A stretch of DNA of 64,000 bases from Candidatus Levybacteria bacterium RIFCSPLOWO2_12_FULL_41_12 (GTDB lineage Bacteria; Patescibacteriota; Microgenomatia; Levybacterales; UBA12049). The notes below the pieces were generated by a model. The model saw only the letters and a list, made by a program, of their open reading frames with translations. It searched no databases and was not told the DNA's origin. The DNA lies in contig MFPL01000006.1 of assembly GCA_001784155.1 (NCBI GenBank), positions 87,280-151,279 on the forward strand, given 5' to 3'. Each line of letters starts with the position of its first letter. Positions within the stretch are counted from its first letter, which is position 1. A program made the position numbers and the translations under genes. This document shows positions 58,511 through 64,000 of this stretch, piece after piece.

Positions 58511-59139
58511 ATGTCAGTTGCTAGGTCTGAATCGCTTACTTCTGGTGGAGTATCAGCCCAGGATTCTGGGTTTATTATAGTTCCCCTGTCTCCAGAAGCA
58601 GATCGCATGCCGATCCTAATGAGATATGCTCGTGGTGTTGATCTTGTAAGAAAACCAATAGATGGTTCAGTGGACAAAGGAACACTTGCGGGTCGAGAAT
58701 ATGAACATGAGTGTTTTGCCAACAGGGTAAGACTTATTCCTCCCGACCAATATGCTTTGGGTCCTGGTATAGTCGATGAAGCGTTTAGCATGTTGTGAAT
58801 TGGAATTCCAGATGAATTAGTATTGGACATAGGCCCAGAAAGCCTAACATTAGCTAGAATGGCAGAGTATAGAATTGGTAGAAGACACTCAGTCTCAAGG
58901 GTTAAGGATTTTTCTAGGCTCACTAGGTATTTGCGTAAGCACCCTGAAGCATTTTCCAATAATGGAGGAGAATTATTGGTGCTCTGCCTTTCCGCAGCAT
59001 GACTGTCCCTCCAAACAGGGATATAGTAGTTGAATTTGTTTCCCCTCGTGAATACAGCCCTATAGAGGAAGTTCGCGTAAAGGGCTTCCCTTTTAGAATG
59101 CGTTACTCGACAGTACCTCTTCCCCATACAGACACATAA
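58511..59139 (+). pseudogene. probable disrupted hypothetical gene
   Basis: Frame continues ~67 codons past TGA at 58796, then continues in a shifted frame to TAA near 59139. Confidence 0.35.
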
Positions 59140-59175
59140 GTTCTTCTATTCTTCTTCTGAGAACTTTAGGGTATT

Positions 59176-60087
59176 TTAGTTGAAATACTCGAAGACTTTT
59201 TCAGAGAACTTAGCAATCTTCTCGGCTGCAATAGTTGGATCTTTGGTCTTTGATAGTACAACTATAATATAGTCGTCTTTAGTACCAAAGACTATGCCTG
59301 CATCATGCTTGAATTCTCCGATCTCCCCTGTTTTATGAGCGACAGCCACACTTTCTGGTAAATATTTGGGAATTCTATCATTTAAAGACTGCCTTTTCAG
59401 AATATCAATCATGCGTTCTGAGAATTCTGAATCAACAACCTCTTTCTTGTAAAGCTTTTCAAAAAAAAGAGCAACGTCTCCTGCTGTTGTTTGAGGCGGT
59501 TGGCGGAAATTTGAATTTTTTAATCCGTATCCTTTAATAAAATTGACGATAGACGCTGTTCCTGAGCGGGACGCCACTAAGAGAGCGGCATAGTTGTCTG
59601 ATACTGTTATCATTTTTTCTATCGCAATGTCTGTTCTCATTGAAATTTCTTCAGATTCTCCCGGAGCTCCTGTTGGCTTAATTTCTCCTTCGAGAGTGGG
59701 TGTGGGAGTGGTGGTAGATAGAGCGTCGTTTAGGTATGAGACGGGAAGACTAAGTACTTCATTTTCATTTAAACTTCCGTCTTTTATTTTTTGAAAAGCT
59801 ACGGCCATCACCCAAAGCTTGTAAAGACTTGCAGAGTCAAATGTTTCATTTTCATTTTGCGCGTATAGCCCTCCTGATCTAAGATTTTTAACAACTACAG
59901 CGTAGTTATTTTCCTTTCCCAACTCCTCCTGCGCTATTTGTTTGATACCGCTATCCATGAAAGGAATGTCAATGTTCTCCACCAAGGGTGAGATGACTTT
60001 TGTTTGGATCTGAGACTTTGCAAATGTTGAAAGAAGCAGTGGAATTCCTATTAAAGGCAAAATAAGCCAGACAAATTTTAAAGGCAT
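59176..60087 (-). CDS. serine hydrolase, class A beta-lactamase-like
   Basis: SLYK, SDN, HKTG; start set at MPLKF. Confidence 0.82.
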   Translation of the reverse strand: MPLKFVWLILPLIGIPLLLSTFAKSQIQTKVISPLVENIDIPFMDSGIKQIAQEELGKENNYAVVVKNLRSGGLYAQNENETFDSASLYKLWVMAVAFQKIKDGSLNENEVLSLPVSYLNDALSTTTPTPTLEGEIKPTGAPGESEEISMRTDIAIEKMITVSDNYAALLVASRSGTASIVNFIKGYGLKNSNFRQPPQTTAGDVALFFEKLYKKEVVDSEFSERMIDILKRQSLNDRIPKYLPESVAVAHKTGEIGEFKHDAGIVFGTKDDYIIVVLSKTKDPTIAAEKIAKFSEKVFEYFN

Positions 60088-60205
60088 ATGCTTTTGGATT
60101 CTATCATCAAACACGCGAGGAGCCAACGGGTAGTGGAGAAGTGTTTGTGAAAGCTCTACATAAACGCATTGACTTTTAACAGAAGTAGAGTGAATACTTG
60201 TTCTA

Positions 60206-60471
60206 TGTTGGAGATTCCGTTAGGGATCGATCCAGACAAGTGTTTAATTCCTCCTGCTTCAATTGCAGATTTGACTCCTAGGGCTCAAGACGATATTGAC
60301 CTTTCTCAAGCAACCCCAAACCCAGACATACTTGCACTAAGAGGATCCTTAGTAGGAGAAAAACCGCCAGGCTACCTTTCGGAAGGGGATTGGATTGTTC
60401 TAAAAAATAACTCAAAACCATTTAATGGTGAGCCGATCCACAATCCTCACGATTGTCCTCGGTGTGGCTGA
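60206..60471 (+). CDS. hypothetical protein with C-terminal HxxHxCxxC
   Basis: ORF in gap; start uncertain. Confidence 0.4.
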
Positions 60472-60527
60472 TAGGAATTTTACTTTTCCTTGACTTTTGA
60501 TTCCTCTAGTTTTATTATCATTTGACT

Positions 60528-61031
60528 ATGAACCTCGCTTCGGTTTTAAATTTTTTTCAAGTTAAAATCGCGTATGCGCATTGTGATATACCGTGCGGAA
60601 TTTATGATCCTCACAATGCACAATTGGCTGCGCATACTATAATAAGAATGACCCAACTTCTGGGCGAAGTAAAACCCGTTCGGCAGGCTCAGGGCAAGCG
60701 AGAGGATGAGACAAAAGCGGAGCATGACATAGCACGAATCACGCACGTTAAGGAAGAACACGCAAGTCTTCTTGAGAATGAATTAACTACGCTTCAAAAC
60801 GATTACTTTAAAGAGGAGCATATAAAAGAATATCCAAGTCTCCCTGAGCTTTTCAAAAATGCATCAAGGCTCGGTGCCAAGGCGAGGCAGGGAATAGATA
60901 CGGATTCAGCTCAGAAACTTCTCTTAGTGGTTCAAGATATCGCCGAGATATTTTTTAAAACAAAAGGAGTTATTCCTGTACGGGTAAAGTCAGTCTATCC
61001 GACTGGAGGAGAAATAGTAACCTACAAGTAA
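60528..61031 (+). CDS. sodN: nickel superoxide dismutase precursor
   Basis: Leader followed by Ni-hook HCDIPCGIYDP. Confidence 0.92.
   Translation: MNLASVLNFFQVKIAYAHCDIPCGIYDPHNAQLAAHTIIRMTQLLGEVKPVRQAQGKREDETKAEHDIARITHVKEEHASLLENELTTLQNDYFKEEHIKEYPSLPELFKNASRLGAKARQGIDTDSAQKLLLVVQDIAEIFFKTKGVIPVRVKSVYPTGGEIVTYK
60675..60698 (+). repeat. hairpin element inserted in-frame in sodN
   Basis: CCC-GTTCGGCAGGCTCA-GGG-CAAG, encodes PVRQAQGK. Confidence 0.75.
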
Positions 61032-61306
61032 TGCTTCTATCCGTTTTTAAGGTAAAAGGCCACAGCATGGAGCCTTTTATAAAAGAAGGCTCCCTTTTAA
61101 TAACTAGCAGTATCCCCTTTTATATAATTAAACCTAGGGAAAAAGATATTATTTTATTTAAATCTCAAGGGAAAACAATTGTTAAGAGAATAGTTGGTAA
61201 AGAAAAAAACACATATTTCGTTGAGGGCGACAATAAATCTGACAGTAAAAAGTTTGGCGCTGTATCAAGATCAGATATACTAGGGAGAGTAGTTTTAAAG
61301 ATCTGA
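61031..61306 (+). CDS. sodX: NiSOD maturation peptidase (S26-like)
   Basis: VKGHSMEP, IVKR, GDNKSDS; TAATG-coupled to sodN. Confidence 0.85.
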   Translation: MLLSVFKVKGHSMEPFIKEGSLLITSSIPFYIIKPREKDIILFKSQGKTIVKRIVGKEKNTYFVEGDNKSDSKKFGAVSRSDILGRVVLKI

Positions 61307-61822
61307 ATGTTATTAAATTTATTTATAGTCCTTGTTATAATTTTCCTTGTATTCCTTCTTTCTATGGTTTGGCCGCCTGATTCGCCATGGTCACCATGGT
61401 GGAGAACAAGTAATAAGGTGGCACGCAGGGCATTTAAACTAGCCAATCTTACAGAGAAAGATATTGTTTTTGAACTGGGATCAGGCGAAGGGCTGGCATT
61501 AATGATCGCTTCTGAAGAATTTGGTGCACGAGGTGTGGGAATTGAAATAGATCCGATAAGGTTTTACCTTTCACGATTATTGGTCTGGAGAAAAGGATTA
61601 ACGGATAAGATAAAACTTAAGCGGGGGAATTTTTTCAAACATGATATTTCAGAAGCCTCAGTAGTTTTTGTTTACTTAGTCCCTAAGGCCCTAGACAGGC
61701 TTATCCCCAAATTTCAAAGAGAGCTAAAGAAGGGCACAAGAATAGTGAGCTATAAGTATGAAATGGATTTACCGCTTCTTAAGGAAGATAAAGAATACGG
61801 GTTAAGACTTTATACCACCTGA
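61307..61822 (+). CDS. SAM-dependent methyltransferase with N-terminal TM
   Basis: FELGSGEG, GIEID, VFVYL, RIVS. Confidence 0.82.
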   Translation: MLLNLFIVLVIIFLVFLLSMVWPPDSPWSPWWRTSNKVARRAFKLANLTEKDIVFELGSGEGLALMIASEEFGARGVGIEIDPIRFYLSRLLVWRKGLTDKIKLKRGNFFKHDISEASVVFVYLVPKALDRLIPKFQRELKKGTRIVSYKYEMDLPLLKEDKEYGLRLYTT

Positions 61823-62842
61823 TTTTCTGAGCTTTAGATATGTCCACCTTGCTTTATCAGCTAGCCTCAAAGTTTTATAAATTAAAGGATTTATAACTAA
61901 ATCAAAACTGCCCGCAAATTCTATCAGATCTGGTCCGTACCCCTGCTTAAATCTGTGAAATCCGTACCACGGATCTTTTGGATCTGGAGTTGCGCCTAAA
62001 GATCCCCACATGTCAAGCTTTTTAAGCCCGAGGTTTTTGCCAAATCTTATTGCCTCCCACATCATTAAGTTTGACGCCATTACTTCACGGTTTTCTGAAG
62101 AGGATGCGCCGTAAGGATAATAAAGGGTGTCCTTAAAAGAGAAAAGGATCCAAGAAGCCAGCGTTTTCTGCTCGTACAATGCAGTTAACAAATGCGCCTG
62201 AAGTTTTTCTGGATCAAACCCTGAAGCTTTAAGAGTCTGCCACATTTTCGTGTGGTAGTCTTTATCATGCGCATAGAATCCTTTACGCTTTGTTGTTTCA
62301 CTTGCAAGTCTTAAATATTCTTTGAACGCATTCTCGCTATCGTCTTTTATAACTCTAACCCCATATTTCTGCGCAACTTTAATGTTATATCTGGTTTTAT
62401 GATGCATGCCTTTTAAGAGTTCTTCTTCTGATAGGGTGAGGTCCAGGACAAAAGTATATTTAGTAAATAGAGGATGAAAGCTGGGCTTAAGGCCCAAATT
62501 TCCAATTTTCCCCGCTTCGCCCAAGCTTCGCGGGGCGAGCAATTTCCAATTTCCAATTTCGACATTAGGCTCAAGCTGTATGTATGCGCAATTTTCTTCT
62601 TTTCCGATTTCTTTAAGTTTTGACAAAAGATTTTCATTCGGGGCTTCTCCTTTGGGAAGATAGCCGATACCGGTCTTAAAAAATGGAACTTTGTGAATTG
62701 TGAGTTGAAATGCTTGATTGCCAATAGTTTCCCTTACCACTTTTATTCCCGTTTTTTCCCGGAACTCACCCCATTCGTATGCTTGAAGTGGATGAGACAC
62801 GAAGGAGTTAAACGCCATTCTATCTATTTTTTCATCAATCAT
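61802..62842 (-). CDS. FemABX/MurM peptidyltransferase
   Basis: HPLQAYEWG, KTRYNIK, YPYGAS, LMMWEAI, FKQGYG. Confidence 0.88.
   Translation of the reverse strand: MIDEKIDRMAFNSFVSHPLQAYEWGEFREKTGIKVVRETIGNQAFQLTIHKVPFFKTGIGYLPKGEAPNENLLSKLKEIGKEENCAYIQLEPNVEIGNWKLLAPRSLGEAGKIGNLGLKPSFHPLFTKYTFVLDLTLSEEELLKGMHHKTRYNIKVAQKYGVRVIKDDSENAFKEYLRLASETTKRKGFYAHDKDYHTKMWQTLKASGFDPEKLQAHLLTALYEQKTLASWILFSFKDTLYYPYGASSSENREVMASNLMMWEAIRFGKNLGLKKLDMWGSLGATPDPKDPWYGFHRFKQGYGPDLIEFAGSFDLVINPLIYKTLRLADKARWTYLKLRKSGGIKS
62495..62560. repeat. heptamer array with nested hairpin element, in-frame in FemABX
   Basis: CCCCGC-TTCGCCCAAGCTTC-GCGGGG-CGAG (62510-62539) inside (CAATTTC)n; encodes EIGNWKLLAPRSLGEAGKIGN. 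Confidence 0.8.
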
Positions 62843-64000
62843 AGATATTCGGGCACATCATCCGTATTATATACTTTTCCCGAGATCAGCTCTTTCGGCA
62901 AGTCCATTAAAAATCGCGAGGCAGTATTTGAAGATGTCATACCCTGGAAGAGTCTTTTTCTAGCATAGGTTAGAAAAAGTTTTTCTTTTGCGCGCGTTAT
63001 GCCCACATAACACAGCCTTCTTTCCTCTTCAAGCTCATTTCTGTCTAGTAGCGATCGGGAATGTGGGAAAAGTCCCTCTTCCATACCAACTATAAAAACT
63101 ACAGGAAATTCAAGGCCTTTTGAGGCATGCAGGGTCATTAGGGTTACAGCGTCTTTTTTCCCATACCTCTTGTTGGGATGGTCTGGCATATATTCTTGTT
63201 CAACTAGAGCAATGTTTTCTAGGAATTGGTCCAGGCTTGGAAACTCAATTGCAACAGAGCGAAGTTCTTTTATGTTCTCAAGTCTTTGTCTGTCATCCTC
63301 GTCTTTTTCATCGAAAAGTGATAGGTATTCTGTTTTCTCAAGAGTTTTATCTAGAATTTCTATGGTAGGTAAATCGTTAGACAAACTATCTTTAACATCA
63401 AGGAATTTCTTAAGTCTTCCTTTACCAATTTTCTCAATCCTTTTGTAAGAAACTCCATCCTTCTCGTTGGCAAAAAACCTAAGGTATGACAAAACATCTT
63501 TAATTTCTTTTCTCTCGTAGAATCTTGTTCCACCCACTAAAACATAGGGCACTCCATGATGAAGAAATACTTCTTCAAGGACGCGTGATTGGGCGTTTGT
63601 TCTGTATAGTACAGCTACGTCTGAAAGGTGCAGCCCCATTCCGATAATTGTCTGTAAAATAAATTCTCCTTCATTGTGTTCGTTTCTCGCCTCATAAAGA
63701 ACTATCTCATCGCCTTTTTTGTTTTCGGTCCATAACTTTAAAACAGGGTGTCCGGTATTTTTGGAAATAACTGAAAATGCAGCATCGAGTATGCTTTGAG
63801 TTGAACGATAGTTCTGAGACAGATGAAAAGTTCTCACATCCCTAAAGTCTTCCTTAAAAGTAATGAGGTTTTGAAAATTTGCTCCGCGGAAGCCATAAAT
63901 GCTTTGGGAAAAATCTCCCACGACACAAATATTTTTCCACTTCTTAGATAGAATTTTTGTAAGAACATACTGTGCATGATTAGTGTCCTGGTATTCATCT
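62839..64000 (-). CDS. pcrA: UvrD/PcrA helicase, 5' part outside the window
   Basis: DEYQDTN at window end, QSIYGFRGA, QNYRST, TLHASKGLEF, EERRLCYVGITRA. Confidence 0.93.
   Translation of the reverse strand, partial: DEYQDTNHAQYVLTKILSKKWKNICVVGDFSQSIYGFRGANFQNLITFKEDFRDVRTFHLSQNYRSTQSILDAAFSVISKNTGHPVLKLWTENKKGDEIVLYEARNEHNEGEFILQTIIGMGLHLSDVAVLYRTNAQSRVLEEVFLHHGVPYVLVGGTRFYERKEIKDVLSYLRFFANEKDGVSYKRIEKIGKGRLKKFLDVKDSLSNDLPTIEILDKTLEKTEYLSLFDEKDEDDRQRLENIKELRSVAIEFPSLDQFLENIALVEQEYMPDHPNKRYGKKDAVTLMTLHASKGLEFPVVFIVGMEEGLFPHSRSLLDRNELEEERRLCYVGITRAKEKLFLTYARKRLFQGMTSSNTASRFLMDLPKELISGKVYNTDDVPEYL

Noticed and set aside
58796-58798. TGA recoding (genetic code 25) or selenocysteine
   Set aside because: TGA ends several conserved genes at expected positions (e.g. 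ruvC, ATGA overlaps), and no long gene needs readthrough.

Overview
Chromosomal window from a small-genome, low-GC bacterium. It is most likely Patescibacteria/CPR (Microgenomates-like); this is inferred from gene content, short intergenic spaces and leaderless promoters. It spans the replication-origin region (VirB4-type cluster, dnaN-oriC-dnaA, rpmH-rnpA-yidD-yidC-jag), then housekeeping genes (valS, rplY, ruvCAB, comM, purA/purB, dnaG, rpoD), an integration hotspot at tRNA-Asn(GTT), and finally sodN/sodX, a FemABX gene and a partial pcrA. Four things stand out. (1) A ~10.5 kb element (large serine recombinase, type III R-M, Xis-like HTH, Rep, SpoVG, Panacea TA) has its att core inside the recombinase gene. 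Integration truncates the enzyme in the tRNA, and excision would fuse a 33-aa tail stored at the far end. A second, largely synonymously diverged copy of that tail lies 1.65 kb downstream. (2) Two small GIY-YIG genes are each bracketed by duplicated tRNA-Asn fragments, followed by single-gene units ending in tRNA 3'-end remnants. (3) A dispersed hairpin family with a conserved loop and variable stems clusters around one GIY-YIG gene and is inserted in-frame in valS, sodN, femABX and others. (4) 7-nt periodic arrays are tied to a four-helix-bundle gene. All calls come from reading the sequence by eye; no database searches were run.
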